Below, in pieces: positions 23,305 to 36,500 of a DNA stretch of 64,000 nt (positions are counted from its first letter, which is position 1; each line of letters starts with the position of its first letter). Location of the stretch: assembly GCF_006345805.1 (NCBI RefSeq), contig NC_042999.1, positions 135,222,001 through 135,286,000 of the forward strand, given 5' to 3'. Both the position numbers and the translations under genes were made by a program. The notes beneath the pieces are model-generated. The model searched no databases, had not been told where the DNA came from, and worked only from the letters and a program-made list of their open reading frames with translations. Source of the DNA: Octopus sinensis. Lineage: Eukaryota.

Positions 23305-23305
<1 letters not shown>

Positions 23306-24965
23306 CATAAATTACATAAATGAGGTTCTCAGAGGCACAGGTGAAACTAGTTTTAATTGTGAACATCTGTCCTTGTTTGAAAAGGTAATCCGAGCCTTCA
23401 AGCAGGTTGGGCGTCCACATTTTTCAACCGTCGGTTTCGAGGTTGTTTTGTAAAGCTTCGCATTTGTTAGTTGTCTCTTTAGCGATTTGTCTTGTTTTTT
23501 TGCATTGAATGCCTCACTGTTTCTGGGGTTGTGTGTTGATATAAATAGTAATGTTTTGGTTTGAGGTGTGGTGCTATGTTTTTTTTTGTTCTTAGTGTTT
23601 TTGTGTCTAATTGTTTGGCACGTTTAATTCCCTCGTCGATAAGAGAGGGTGGATATTGTCTTTCAATAAGTGTTGTTTTGAGATCTTGAAGACGAAGGTC
23701 CCGAGTTGTTCTGTCAGATACTATTGTGCAGATCCTTTTTGCTACGTTGAAAGGGATGTTTATTTTTATGTGTTTCGAGGACACGAGTTAAAAAGAAGTT
23801 ATTGTTTTGAATCAGTTGGTTTATAATAAATGTCAGTTATGATTTCATTGTTAACTTTTTTTTATCATGATGTCTAAAAATGGAAGTTGTTCTTTGTTAT
23901 ATTCCATTGTGAATTGAATGTTACTATTTATGTCATTTAGTGTTGTTTTGAAATCCAAAAGTTTGTCGATGTTCTCCTTCCAGATGATAAAGCAGTCATC
24001 CAGGTATCGCTTCCAATTTTCTCTTATGTAGCGGTAAAATGGGTAACCATATTTCTGAAGTGATACTTCATATAAGGTGAATTCAGAATAACCCATTATT
24101 AAGTTCGCAAGAACAGGAGCTGCTTTCGTCCCCATCGCAATTCCACATTTCTGACGATAGTATGTGTCATCAAATAGGAAATAATTGTTCTGAAGTATAA
24201 ATTTTAAGGATTCAATAATAAAGATCTGGTTTATGGGTTCCGGGAGGACTTCGGGGTACTTTACCAACCAGAATTTAATTGCTTTTATTCCATAGTCATG
24301 GGGAATGTTGGTGTAAAGATTGATAACATCGAGGGTAACCAATATTGCCGCTGCATTAATCGTTTTTGTTAGGTGTTCTAGCATGTCTAAATCATCCCTA
24401 ATGAAGCTTTTGATGTATTTCAGCAAGGGTTTCTGTAGGATGTATAGAAAATTGCTTAGTCGGTGGGTTTCACAGGCCGGCCCAGCTACAATGGGTCTTA
24501 AAGTCAAGTCTTTGGATATTTATATATTTGCCTGGTGATTATTTGCAGGCTTCATTGATTATCTTGCTCTTGTGTATTTTAGGGAGGCCGTAAAAAAGAC
24601 TGGGTTTACATTTGAAGTTCGTGATGTAGTCTGTTTCTTTTTCTGTCAGGTCCTTTCCATGTAGAAGAATTAAGGATGCGAGATTTTTTTTTGTTTTTTG
24701 ATGTTTATAGTTTATAACTTTTTCGTAGAAGGCCTCGTTTTCTAATATGGAAAGTACTAGTTTTTTATAGTGTTCTGTGTTCATCAGAACTACAGCACTT
24801 CCTTTGTCAGCTTCTTTTAATTGTCAGGTCTGACGGTTTGTAGTTCAGTCAGGTTTTTCCATTCTAGATTGTTGAGGTTAGGATTAATTTTTCGTTTAAT
24901 GGATGTGTAGGGGAAATTTTGGATATGGTTGCAGTAGTCATCCAGTGTTTTATTCCTACCCTTAT
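23305..24965 (-). mobile_element. Penelope-like retroelement (RT plus start of GIY-YIG endonuclease), frameshifted
   Basis: Motifs in order: EADKGSAVVLMN, FYGLPKIHK, LRPIVAGP, LVTLDVINLYTNIP, YRQKCGIAMG, RYLDDCF, IQFTME..LPFLDI, SCHP/HIKINIPF, FTCASENLIYVI. Truncated at the (TA)n array. Confidence 0.92.
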
Positions 24966-24993
24966 GTGGAAGGGTAGGAATATATATATATAT

Positions 24994-25678
24994 GATTTTG
25001 ATTTTGATTTTGATTTTGATTTTTCTAGTTTCAGCTAATGAGCTGTGGCCATGCTGGGGCACCGCCATTTGGTTTGCTACACGATTTTACCTCACGGATG
25101 CTTTTTAGCAAACGCCATCTGATGCATGAGAGAGTTCGATGCAGCTGCCCTCATCTGCACCTCCTGCCGTGAAGTTGGTTCATCCGGGACACCTGACAGG
25201 AAGAGATCCAGTCCTACTTTAAAGACATCCGTATCTACACCATGCAGGTCCCTCAGGTTCTTCGGGAGGATATTGAAGAGCTGTGGGCCTCTGAAGCCCA
25301 GGCTGTCATAGTATCTTGTCCTACATCTTGATGGCAAATTTGGAGTCCTTGGTACTACGCAGTGGCGTCCGGTTCTGGCATTTGTGTGACTCTCGATGTC
25401 AAAGTTTGGGACAAGTCCTTCCAGGATCTTCCAGATATATATTATGGGATATCTTTCTCGCCTACGCTCCAGGGAATAGAGCTTTAATATCTTGAGTCTT
25501 TCCCAGTAGCTCATATGCTGCACAGAGGCTATCTTCTTCGTGTAGCTTCGTTGGATCGCTTCAAGTTCTGTGATCAACTTGACACTGGATGGTGACCATA
25601 GCTGAGAGCAATAGTCAAAGTGGCTTAGGACAAGTGTCTTCCAGAGGACCATCATGGTTTCTTGTTCTCTTGTTCTAA
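24994..25678 (-). mobile_element. 5'-truncated CR1-like LINE, 3' end with (AAAATC)n tail
   Basis: Open frame [19 protein letters not shown]...LEAIQRSYT...[20 protein letters not shown], short 3' UTR, tail aaaatc x4 at 24994-25022. Confidence 0.9.
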
Positions 25679-25679
25679 A

Positions 25680-25847
25680 GGTATATATATATACATATAT
25701 ATACATATACATATATATATATATATATATATGTATATGTATGTATATGTATATATATATATATATATTATGTATATGTATATATATATATATGTATATA
25801 TATGTATGTATATGTGTATATATATGTATTATATGTATATATATATG

Positions 25848-25886
<39 letters not shown>

Positions 25887-26471
25887 GTATATATATGTAT
25901 ATGTATATATATATATGTATATATATATATAATGTATATATATATAATATATGTATATGTATATATATGTATATGTATATATATGTATATGTATGTATGT
26001 ATATATATTATATATGTATATATATATAATATATATATATGTATATGTATGTATATGTATATATGTATATGTATATATATATTATATATATATGTATATG
26101 TATATATGTATATATATGTATATATATATATGTATATATGTATATGTATATATATTATATATATATATGTATATGTAATATATGTATATATATATATATA
26201 TATATGTATGTATTATATATATATGTATATGTATATATATGTATATATATATATTATATATATGTATATATATATATATATGTATATGTATATATATGTA
26301 TATATATATGTATTATATGTATATATATATATGTATATATATGTATATATATATATATATGTATATGTATATATATGTATATATATATATATATTATATA
26401 TATGTATATGTATATATATGTATATATGTATATGTATATATATGTTATATATATATATATGTATATGTATA

Positions 26472-26510
<39 letters not shown>
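25680..26510. repeat. About 830-bp degenerate (TA)n/(TATG)n microsatellite
   Basis: Direct reading. It produces the spurious YIYI ORFs. Confidence 0.97.
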
Positions 26511-26514
<4 letters not shown>

Positions 26515-26989
26515 TGAATAATTTTTGTGGAAACTGGGTTCTAGAGGTGGTCATTAAACTCTGCAGTAATTTTGGGATCTGTACTTTTGTGATCCTTTCT
26601 AGCAATTCGCGTAAGAGTCCGACAGAAAGTTTTGGTTTTCTTCCGGAGTTTTGTTTCGATGAGGAGGTTTTTCCCTCTTTTCTCAAAGGCTGTCATTATT
26701 TTCATGACATACTTCTTGATACACCAAACATTTCGGCTGTTTTCGTTACGCTAGCGCCTGCCATACCAGCACCAACAATTTAACCTCTTTGAAAGTCCGA
26801 CAGATCTGTCATTTTAATGAATTTCAATTACCTTTTTCTGATGATATCTGAAAAGAAACAGTAATTTTAGCAAAATTTATTAAGTAACATTAATGATAAA
26901 TTAAAAAAAAAATAAACAAGCTTTTGACGGTTTTATAGATATTTCAAAATTATGATGCTAAGTGTTTCCATTATTTTGTCCAACCCCTG
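26511..26989 (-). mobile_element. Tc1-family transposon, 5' half
   Basis: TA plus TIR caggggttggacaaaataatggaaacac at 26989, then paired-like HTH IVGAGMAGASVTKTAEMFGVSRS...[18 protein letters not shown]. Cut off at the TA array. Confidence 0.8.
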
Positions 26990-27049
26990 TACGTTATAAT
27001 GCGACAAAATGAATTGCATGGATCATTTAGATTTCCACTACTTAATAAA

Positions 27050-27094
<45 letters not shown>

Positions 27095-27175
27095 GAGGCA
27101 TAAATGTGTTAAACAAGGTGATGAAATGGTCCTAAAATACAAAAGGCCTAAGTCAGAGTAAAAAAGAGTATTTTA

Positions 27176-27396
27176 TTGAAGCTGAAAAGACTTCCCAAAC
27201 TGTTACTCAAAGTTTCACGTAACTTATTTTGAAAAGTAATTACCAGATCGGTTTTAAATGTTTATTCGATAATTTGGGAATTATGAATATTTATAAACAC
27301 TTATAAACTATTGCATTGCTCTGATTACTCTCGACTGTCTGACGATGGCTTACGTGAAACTCTGAGTAACAATTTATGAAGTCTTTTCAGTTTCAA
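27176..27396. mobile_element. MITE with about 45-bp imperfect terminal inverted repeats
   Basis: ttgaagctgaaaagacttc/gaagtcttttcagtttcaa (1 mismatch) and tgttactcaaagtttcacgtaa/ttacgtgaaactctgagtaaca (1 mismatch). Confidence 0.6.
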
Positions 27397-27659
27397 CATA
27401 TAATAATAATAATAATAATCGACTAAGGAGACAGAAGATAGATTTGGTATTAATCTTTATTTTGTACGACGATCGTTTCCATTAATACCAAATCCACCTG
27501 CTGTTTAATTAATCAATTATCTCAACTAACACTGGAATTCCTGAAGTCTCCAACGGAAATATACCCCAACTGCGGATGACACCAGGTAGCCCAAACCGTT
27601 CCAGTGTTTTACTCAACACATCAGCACACTAATTGACATATACCAGTTTGTCCAAAATA

Positions 27660-27784
27660 TTACATACATATATATGATTATATATATATATATGTATATA
27701 TATGTGTATATGTAATATATATGTATATATACATATGTATGTATGTATATATATGTGTATGTCTATATATATATGTGTGTGTGG

Positions 27785-27835
<51 letters not shown>
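27660..27835. repeat. (TA)n/(TATG)n/(TG)n microsatellite
   Basis: Direct reading. Confidence 0.95.
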
Positions 27836-27839
<4 letters not shown>

Positions 27840-29426
27840 GTCGTCAAGTATGAAATTTGTAGTAAGTTACATGGTAAACTTTGACAGCTGCACATTTTGC
27901 ACCATTATATTTGATATTTTTTGTTAGAAAGCTGACACATCTATTTCTTTATTCTAACTCATTTTGCGCTTTATAAAGTATTTATAAATCGTTTTTTGCT
28001 ATTTTTGTTTAGAGATGGGTAAGTCGGAAATTCGTACAGTTTTGAAATATGAGTTCTTTCTTGGAAATACAGCATCACAGACAGCTCGGAATATTAATAG
28101 AGTATTTCGTTCTATTGTTATTACACAGCAGACAGTATAAAATTGGTTTGCAAAATTTCGTTCTGGTAACTTTGACCTCGCAAACGAGCAACGTGGTCGA
28201 TCAGAAACAAAGGTGGATAATGACGAACTGAAAGCCACCGTCGAGTCAGATCCATCTCAAAGCGTCCGTGAATTATCGTTGTTGTTTGGTGTTAGCAAGC
28301 AAACAATGTTGACTCATCTAGTTCAAATCAGTAAACTGAAAATGTTGAATAAGTTGGTTCCACATGAACTCAATGAAAATCAGAAACAGCAACGTTTGGA
28401 AGCCTGCATTATGCTACTTTCTTGTCACAGAATTGAATCATTTTTAAATCGAATTGTAACATGTAAGGAGAAATGGATTCAATACAACAACTGTAAATAT
28501 TCAGCACAATGGTTGGACAAAGATGAGCCACCAAAACACAGTCCAAAAAGCAAAATTCATCAAAAGAAGCTGATGGTGTGTTTGGTGGTCTGGCACAGGT
28601 GCGATCCATTATGATTTCATTAAACTTGACTCATCAATCACGACTGAAGTATACTGCAGCCAACTGGACTAAATGATGCAGAAACTTATAAAGTCAACAG
28701 ATCCACTCCTCCTTTATTGCAAGACGATAGACCACACATTACAAAAATGACATTGGCGAAATTACAGGAGTTGGAAGTTCTCCATCATTCACCATACTCA
28801 TCTGATCTTGGCCCCACTGACTACCACTTCTTCCAGAATTTATTTTACTTGTTTCAGTCATTTGACTGTGGTCATGCCGGAGCACCACCTTTAATCGAAC
28901 AAATCAACTCCAGGACTTTGTTAGCCTAGTACTTATTCTATCGGTCTCTTTTGCCAAACTGCTAAGTTATGGGGACGTAAACACATCAGTATCGGTTGTC
29001 AAGAGATGTTGGGGGGACAAACACACACACACACATATATATATACGACAGGCTTCTTTCAGTTTCTGTCTACCAAATCCACTCACAAGGCTTTGGTTGG
29101 CCTGAGGCTATAGTAGAAGACACTTGCCCAAGGTGCCATGCAGCGGGACTGAACCCAGAACCATGTGGTTGGTAAGGAAGCTACTTACCACACAGCCACT
29201 CCTGGATAACTTTTTAATAGGAAAAAATTTAATTCCGACGATGCTGTAAAACAGGCCTTCCAAGATTCTAGATTGTCAGGCTTTTACAGTTCCAGCTACC
29301 AATGAAATGGCAACAGTCTATTGACAATATAGGTGCATACTTTGATGAATAAAACTATTCCTCGTATTTATAAAACATTAGCAAACTTTATTTTCTTTTC
29401 TACAAATTTCATACTTGACAACCTAA
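27836..29426 (+). mobile_element. Full-span degenerate mariner with both TIRs and TA duplication, interrupted by a SINE
   Basis: TA|tcaggtcgtcaagtatgaaatttgta ... tacaaatttcatacttgacaacctaa|TA. Motifs IRTVLKYEF, LVPHELNE, IVTCKEKWIQYNN, LQDDRPH, YSSDLGPTDYHFF. Confidence 0.92.
28893..29205 (-). mobile_element. Family-B SINE inserted into the mariner transposase
   Basis: Reverse complement of the 11895-12320 family. It splits FQN|LDNFL. Confidence 0.85.
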
Positions 29427-29499
29427 TATTTTGTGTTTTTTCAATTTCCAGTTCTTCCTAGAAAAGCTGTTTCAGTTATACAGTATTCATCAAAACAAA

Positions 29500-30070
29500 A
29501 AAATTCTTCCTAGCTTATTTGACTTGTGATTCGATGGCTTTTTAATGTACCTTGGTGACTGATGTTAAGGTATGCCTCTTGATACTGGGTATGCACTTTA
29601 AACATTTCTGGTGAAATCTCTCAAGCACTTTGCTTGAGGTGTTGGCTGTACACTGCCTACATCTTGAACAAGTGCAGAAAGACTCTTATAAATATCATTA
29701 ACTCAGAATTTTCTACTTTGCTAAAAGCTGTACAAACCTTTTGGATTTGTGAGTGAATTTCAGCATTTAGATATCTATTTCTTGACAAGTTACTCCAAAG
29801 ATATAAAAATGTGTCCACAACCTCTAATCATGTGTCATCCTCAAAGATATCTAGCTTAATGTAGGGCTCACTTCATACAGAGTGATCATTACTTTTGATG
29901 TCTTCAAGCATATTTATGAGGCAAAGGCAATACGTGCTGGTGAAAACTGATCCTTTATAAGTTGCATGCCATTTTCAGCATGAGCAACAAAGCCTACACC
30001 ATCTGCATAAAGTATTTCACAAGTCATCTTACACATACATTTGAATCTTCTCAGGTGAAAGACTTTTCAT
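29500..30070 (-). mobile_element. RTE (BovB-like) RT fragment, heavily decayed
   Basis: Minus-strand remnants of EILYADGV (ELLYADD-like), VDTFLYL and CLRDF-like motifs with many stops. Confidence 0.55.
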
Positions 30071-30171
30071 ATTATTCAATCATTCTATACTTATGGTACA
30101 TACTTGAAAAGAAAAAGTAGAATACAAAACAAAGCATCTTAGAAACATCCTGTTCAACTATATTGTCTATA

Positions 30172-30775
30172 CTTTTTACTCGTTTCAGTCATGTGACTGT
30201 GGCCATGCTGGAGCACCGCCTTTAGTCGAGCAAATCGATCCCAGGACTTATTCTTTGTAAGCCTATTACTTATTCTATCGATCTCTTTTGCCGAACTGCT
30301 AAGTTACGGGGATGTAAACACACCAGCATCGGTTGTCAAGCAATGTTGGGGGGACACACACATACATATATTATCATCATCATCATCGTTTAACGTCCGT
30401 TTTCCGCACAGGGGCTGTACCAGGCTCAGGTCTGATCTGGCAGTGTTTCTACAGCTGGATGCCCTTCCTAACACCAGCCACTCCGCGAGTGTAGTGGGTG
30501 CTTTTTGTGTGCCACCGGCACAGGTGCCAGGGGAGTCTGGCATCAGCCACGATCGGTTGGTGCTTTTAACGTGCCACTGGCACGGAACGGATATATATAT
30601 ATATACACATATATATGACGGGCTTCTTTCAGTTTCTGCCAACCAAATCCACTCACAAGGTTTTGGTCGGCCTGAGGCTATAGTAGAAGACACTTGCCCA
30701 AGGTGCCACGCAGTGGGACTGAACCTGGAACCATGTGGTTGGTAAACAAGATACTTACCACACAGCCACTCCTAT
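30172..30775 (-). mobile_element. Family-B SINE with an RTE-tail repeat nested in its internal microsatellite
   Basis: SINE B tail at 30172-30365 and head at 30600-30775 flank a 30370-30590 block with catcatcatcgtttaacgtccg...gctggatgcccttcctaac. Confidence 0.8.
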
Positions 30776-31702
30776 TTCATTAAAAGTTGGCTTCTGAAGT
30801 GACTCAAGCCTTCCTGTTACTACATAGTTCCTGAGACATGCTCACAAAATTTGGCAAATAACTCAACTTTTCAGGAACTTTCAACAATAATTAAGGCTTT
30901 AGATTAGTCAACAAAAACTTGATATAGAAGTACCTGCTGCTTGATGCATTTTACTTGAAGTTGAGAAAAACAATGTTCATAATACCCCAACCTGATCTAA
31001 AACAAGATTGTGTACTGAGTACTACTGAAGAGGAGCAGATGGATAAAATGCTTCTGAATGAACTTTGAGCAAGTAAAATGACATTGATTATGACACCAAA
31101 ATTTAGATCCTTTGTCTTTGTATATTGAGACTAGTATTTCATCAGTCTAGTCTGGCAGTATATAAACTCCTTCCTAGTTGTTTGTTATCACACACACACA
31201 TCATTGTTTTTGTATCCACTTTCCAAGCTGGTATGGGTTGGGTGGGTTGTCAAGATCAGTCAACTCTTACTCAGAGTTACTGCCCTTCCGGTTGAGGATC
31301 GTGGATATCAATGACCTATCTCCAAAAATAAATGCTACAAGCATTTTGAAACTGATGAGAATGTTGCATATCTTTGTGCTGTGAGTAAAGTTGGAGTGAC
31401 AAAGGAATATTTCAGCAGAATTGAAATGTACAGTTGTTCTGTGTGAATCAAGGGTAGATGGAATAAAGTACTTAAATAGAAACACAATTAAGCAGCAGAT
31501 AGTTAGTCATGCAATGTATTCCACAAGGTAGAGAATAACAACAATACTGACAGGAAATAATCTGGTTCTATATTTAAGAGATGAATTATATACATTATTT
31601 ACATTTGATGGCTATTTGTCCTCATCTTGTTTGTTGTGACTTGAACAACAACGACGACGACGACGACTTAGGAATGAGAACCCAGGTTCAAAATTTCCCC
31701 AA

Positions 31703-31748
31703 GACACCTGATGAAGGCAGGAGGGTATATCAGCCAAAACGTTGTGTT
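31703..31748 (+). ncRNA. Minimal hammerhead-like motif, probably inactivated (G12 to A)
   Basis: gacac-CTGATGA-a-ggc..gcc-AAAAC-GTT-gtgtt. Same family as 58447-58492. Confidence 0.55.
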
Positions 31749-32014
31749 AACAACAAAGAAGATGAGGACAAATATCTGTCAGATGTAAACAATGTAAATA
31801 TGGAAATAATCTCTCCAGAATATGTGATTGGTAAATCACATCTTATCTGGAAAGAAACACCCCTACTATTTAGGAATAGGCAATAGCTACAAAATATTTG
31901 CTCAGTAAAAGAGATAAGGATGCCTTCACCTTGTGTTGTCTCATACCAATGTGGAAGAGGTTACTGATAACAGCAGCTGCTCAAAAGTGTTTGACAACAT
32001 TGTTATCAAACTTA

Positions 32015-32880
32015 TGAGATGCATTCAAAAAGTATCCAACTTATTTTTTCTCACCAAAACTAATGCTACGTGGGCAAAATCCTTTGGGTGGGATGTGATA
32101 TCACCCTTCCTGTGCATGCATGAAAATTTTCATGTCGAGAAGCCACATCAGTTTCCTACTGTTACACCTAGAGTACAGACATAGTGCACACTTGTCAGAT
32201 TTTCGTTTTCAAACAAGATGACCAAACACATCAAGCAGAGACCATAAACCCAAGTCTCATCATCAGTGATGATGGTCTTCATGAATTCTGGTTAACACAG
32301 TCCAGCATGTTCTGAGCAATTTCCATGACATTACTTCTGCTGCTCTTCCAGCACCTTGGGTACAAATTTCATTGACACTCTCTGTATTCATAAACCCTCC
32401 ATTAAAATAGAATGTTCTGATTCTGTGCTTATTCTCACTTCATGAACAATTTTCTGGACTGTTACATGGTGGTCTTCCATGACTATTCACTGAACCTTCT
32501 CAATTAACTCCTCATTTCGGCATGTGGAAGGCTTGCCCATGCATGCCTCATTGTCCACTGAGGTGTGGCCATGTTTGAAACAGTTGTACACTTCCTTGAT
32601 CTGAGTTTTTCCAATGGTGTCTTCAGCAAAGGTCTACTGAATCTGTAGGAGGGTTTGAGCTTGAGTATCACCAAGCCTTTGGCAAAACTTGATGCAATGT
32701 CTCTGCTCAATGTTTTTGGTGAAACCGAAAATATGACAAGTGTACACTACATGGTCTGTACTCTAGGCATAACAACTAGGAACATAAAAGGTGGTGTCAC
32801 CTACAATGCAAAGGATTTTGCCCACATAGCATTAGTTTTGGTGGGAAAAAATAAAGTTGGCTACTTTTGAATGCACTTCA
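32015..32880 (-). mobile_element. Internally deleted mariner with TIRs and TA duplication
   Basis: TA|tgagatgcattcaaaaagtatccaactt ... aagttggctacttttgaatgcacttca|TA. Minus-strand remnant EDHHVTVQKIV..VSMKFVPKVL. Confidence 0.75.
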
Positions 32881-33269
32881 TATTTGCAAAACTATCCAGG
32901 GTGTTCACATCTTTAAAAATTGCAAATACTGGTGGAACATTTCAATAAAAACAATAATTCAATGCTCATATAACAGAATAATATTTTTCTATGAGACAAG
33001 GAACAAAAGTCACATATTGCTGAGGAAGTCAACTGCCTAGCAGACATGTCTAACATTGCTGCAAAACAGAACATCTAAAGTGAACTAGTGTAGAACTTAT
33101 AGCTCTTCTATCACAGGCACATTGGGCTATGCAAAAACAGATTTGCATAAAAGCCTGGAAATGCTGGGGGAAGTTTCTGTTAAAAAAATTTCCTGGTTTA
33201 AAATAAAAATATTCAGTGTCAAGCATGAATAATGTGTGTGTGTGTGGGAAGAAAAAACAAAACCTTCAA

Positions 33270-33530
33270 CTGTAGATAGATGGCCTGAAAATCTGGGGAG
33301 GGGAAGCTGATTACACTGACTCCAGTGCCCAAGTGGTACCTATCAATCCTGAAGAGAGAAAGGCAAAGTCAATCTCTGTCACATTTTCACATTGAGTTCA
33401 AATGTTGTTGAAGTCTGCTTTGCCTTTCATCCCTTAAGGGTTAATAAAATAGTTACCAGTTGAGCAACAAGGTCAATGTAATTGACTAGCCACCCCTCAA
33501 CCACCACCACAAAACTTCAGGCCTTGTGCT
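33270..33530. mobile_element. Two decayed family-A SINE pieces in opposite orientation
   Basis: ggcctgaaaatctgggg...aggcaaagtcaa and gctttgcctttcatcc...accagttgag motifs. Confidence 0.55.
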
Positions 33531-36500
33531 TGTTGGAGAAAGAAAGAAAGAAAAAATATCAAATTATAAATTTCTAAAAGTTAACGTTTCAAGTGCCAAA
33601 AGAATGACATAAGACAATGAAACAGTCCTAATAGTTTATTACAGCCACAAAGTGTAGTTACAACTTGTACAGTATGACAATGTCTGACTAGTTGACATTC
33701 GTTGCATGCGTTCAGATGTTGTGCATGGCCTTGCAAGAATGGAGACAAGAAAAGGTAAGAGCTGTCTACTTGTTTGTTTTCATGTAGTTTGAGATATTGG
33801 TTATCGAATGGTAAAGCTGCAACAAAAATCTGCATCTTGTGAGCCCAAAACTAATCAACAGTAAAACGTTTAACTATACATTAATGTAAAGATCTCACTT
33901 TAATGAATATTTTGAGAAATAAGCCTATAGTTTTCTTTCCTTGCAGGCCTACAAAGTTTATTTGAAAAAAAAAAAAAAAAGGCTCATTTTTTTTTTTGTT
34001 TAAAAGAAAATATTCTATAACATAATTAGTTGCTTACAATGCCCAATTTTGTTTCAAGTTAGTTACAATGAATATATTATAACAGTAGAAATCTCAACAG
34101 CAAAAATATATTATTTTAGCAGTAATTGATCAAATCCACTAAAAGATATGTTTTATGACTATTGTTTCTGATTTATGTATATCTTACAGAAGAAAGAATT
34201 ATATATAAAGGATAGGATTGTTAAATACAGTTTGTTGAAACAAAGTGAATAATGTGAAAAAGAAATACAGTTGAATTGATTTAAAATTTTCACCGAATTC
34301 TTTCTGCAAAGGTCGACAAATAAGAGAATGGCATGATGTCTTGTTACAGGAGAGACAACTCCATGTAACTTGAGATAAGATTGTACAAGACAAAGTAGTT
34401 TGTGCCACAATTGAAATCATTAAAAAACAAATACTGTTTAAATAAAGATTAGATAAAAAAAATGAAAACTTGCAAAACAAAAAAGAATACCTTTCATTAA
34501 AAGAAGATTAAGTGCTAATCTCCAACATAAAATATTCTTTGGTAATCTGAAGCTAAAAATATTGGGCAATAAAATAAACTGAATAAATTAAAGGACTCAA
34601 TTTTGTGAATGTATAAGCTGTTAAGGGCAGAGATAGAAAGTAAGAAGAAACAGATTTTCTTTATTGAATTTCTTAGTTATATTTTCATCAACAATATTAA
34701 TAATCAAAAACATAACAATAACAATGTTGCAGATGTGGTTTGGGGTTGGCTGAGTGTTATGACTGGACTGTAGAATGCATGCAAGTTCATACAATGTAGC
34801 TTTTGGACATCAAATCACAACTAGAATGAAAACCAGTGGATTGATGCAAGTCAAGACAAATAACTAGATGCACATTGCTTACCAAATAATAAATTATGAA
34901 TATGAATTCTGAATGTCCATACACACAATCACATACACCCATTCCTTATCTCTTGGAGGTGGGGGAAAACATTTTCAACAACCCTAAATTTGCATAGTTA
35001 AAACAAAATTACAACAATTAAGAAAAAAAAAAACGAAACTGAATATTGATACATAAATGTATTTTGGAATGATGTGAGTATAAAAAATAACTTAAAAATA
35101 AAGCATATAACCTCAAATTTAGTTAAAAGATTTAATAAAAATATTTTAGAAACTAAAACTAGGTAAATGAAATTTTTTGTTCTGTTTTAGTTAAAAACCT
35201 CCAAACATGTTAAGTTTATTTGAAGTAAAACAAAGTATTAAGAGGTCTAAATAAAGTTTCAAGAACAATACAATGAGATAACCATATATACTTCCAGCCG
35301 AACAATGAATGGAAGAGATGAACAGAAAATGTATTAATTAAGCAATCAACAATTAACAGTAGATGGCACTACATTTCTTGGAATTTAAGATTTTTATACT
35401 TTCTAAAGAACTGAGATGAGTTTTAGACATAAATAGCTGTTTGATATGGAAGAAAATTATGATAGAAACTGTCAGGTTATGTGAAAATAACTTCATAAGA
35501 AATAGTACAGAGAAAGTAAACTATTTTAAAAAACACTTAGCACTAAATAGAATTCTTTTTATTATTTTATTAGCTTTCTTTTTTTTTAAATATGGCAAAG
35601 AGTTAATGACAATAACACGTTACTATATCCATCAAAGTATATGCAAATTTTTGTGTGCATATAAATTTTACACACATATATATATACACACACAGCTATC
35701 TAGCTAGTTAAATATTTCAATTTAGATAGTTGTTACTAAACAGCAGAGAATAAATAATATTGATTACAAAATGATATAGAGGAACTGGAACAGACTAATT
35801 AAACGACCAAACCTAAAGAAAATAAACTGATGTGTTAACATAATGTGTTAAGCTAAATTCGACTAGAAATGTAAACACTGGAATAACTAAAAACCCAATA
35901 GCTCTAAAATATAATTCAAAAACCAATCTTACACGTTTTTTTTTTTTGGTTTTTTTCCTTTTTTATTTTATTATCCCAGGCTACCTAGTTGATTGTTTTT
36001 TTTGACTGGAAAAAAAAAAGGAATGAAACAAAACTAATACTGAAGCAATGAGATGAAAGGGTCAGCAGAGTAGGCTGACCAATGTCAAACTTGTTGAGCA
36101 ATGACAGCCTGAGAACACTGCTAGTAAAATTCTGCATGACTTCCCAGATAATGAGGATCTTGATACATCAGCAGTTGGTATATAACTCATGTCCAAGAAG
36201 AGAGGAGAGATCAGTGTTTGAGAACAATAGACTGATCAGGAGAGCAACACAATAACAAGGTCATTCCTAAAGATAATAGTATGGAATGCAACACATCTCA
36301 TGACTTTAATTCCCACACTCCAAAAATTATTATAATAAAACAATTGGATACTTTACCAGTAATTTTAAGATATGTTTATTGCATTATGAATAAGTCTAAA
36401 TAAATCTTTTGTGTTTGTTTTGAATCAAGAAGGAAAGTGTTGACTTAGGGAATAAAAGATGTTTGGATGAATATAATTGAAATTTTAATAGTATTTCCAA

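Noticed and set aside
25654-26521. Several long YIYI/MYMY ORFs up to 282 aa
   Set aside because: They are translations of a (TA)n/(TATG)n array that lacks stops in some frames.
27441-27494. 14-bp perfect inverted repeat with a 26-nt spacer
   Set aside because: Short, AT-rich and among TE debris, with no further support.
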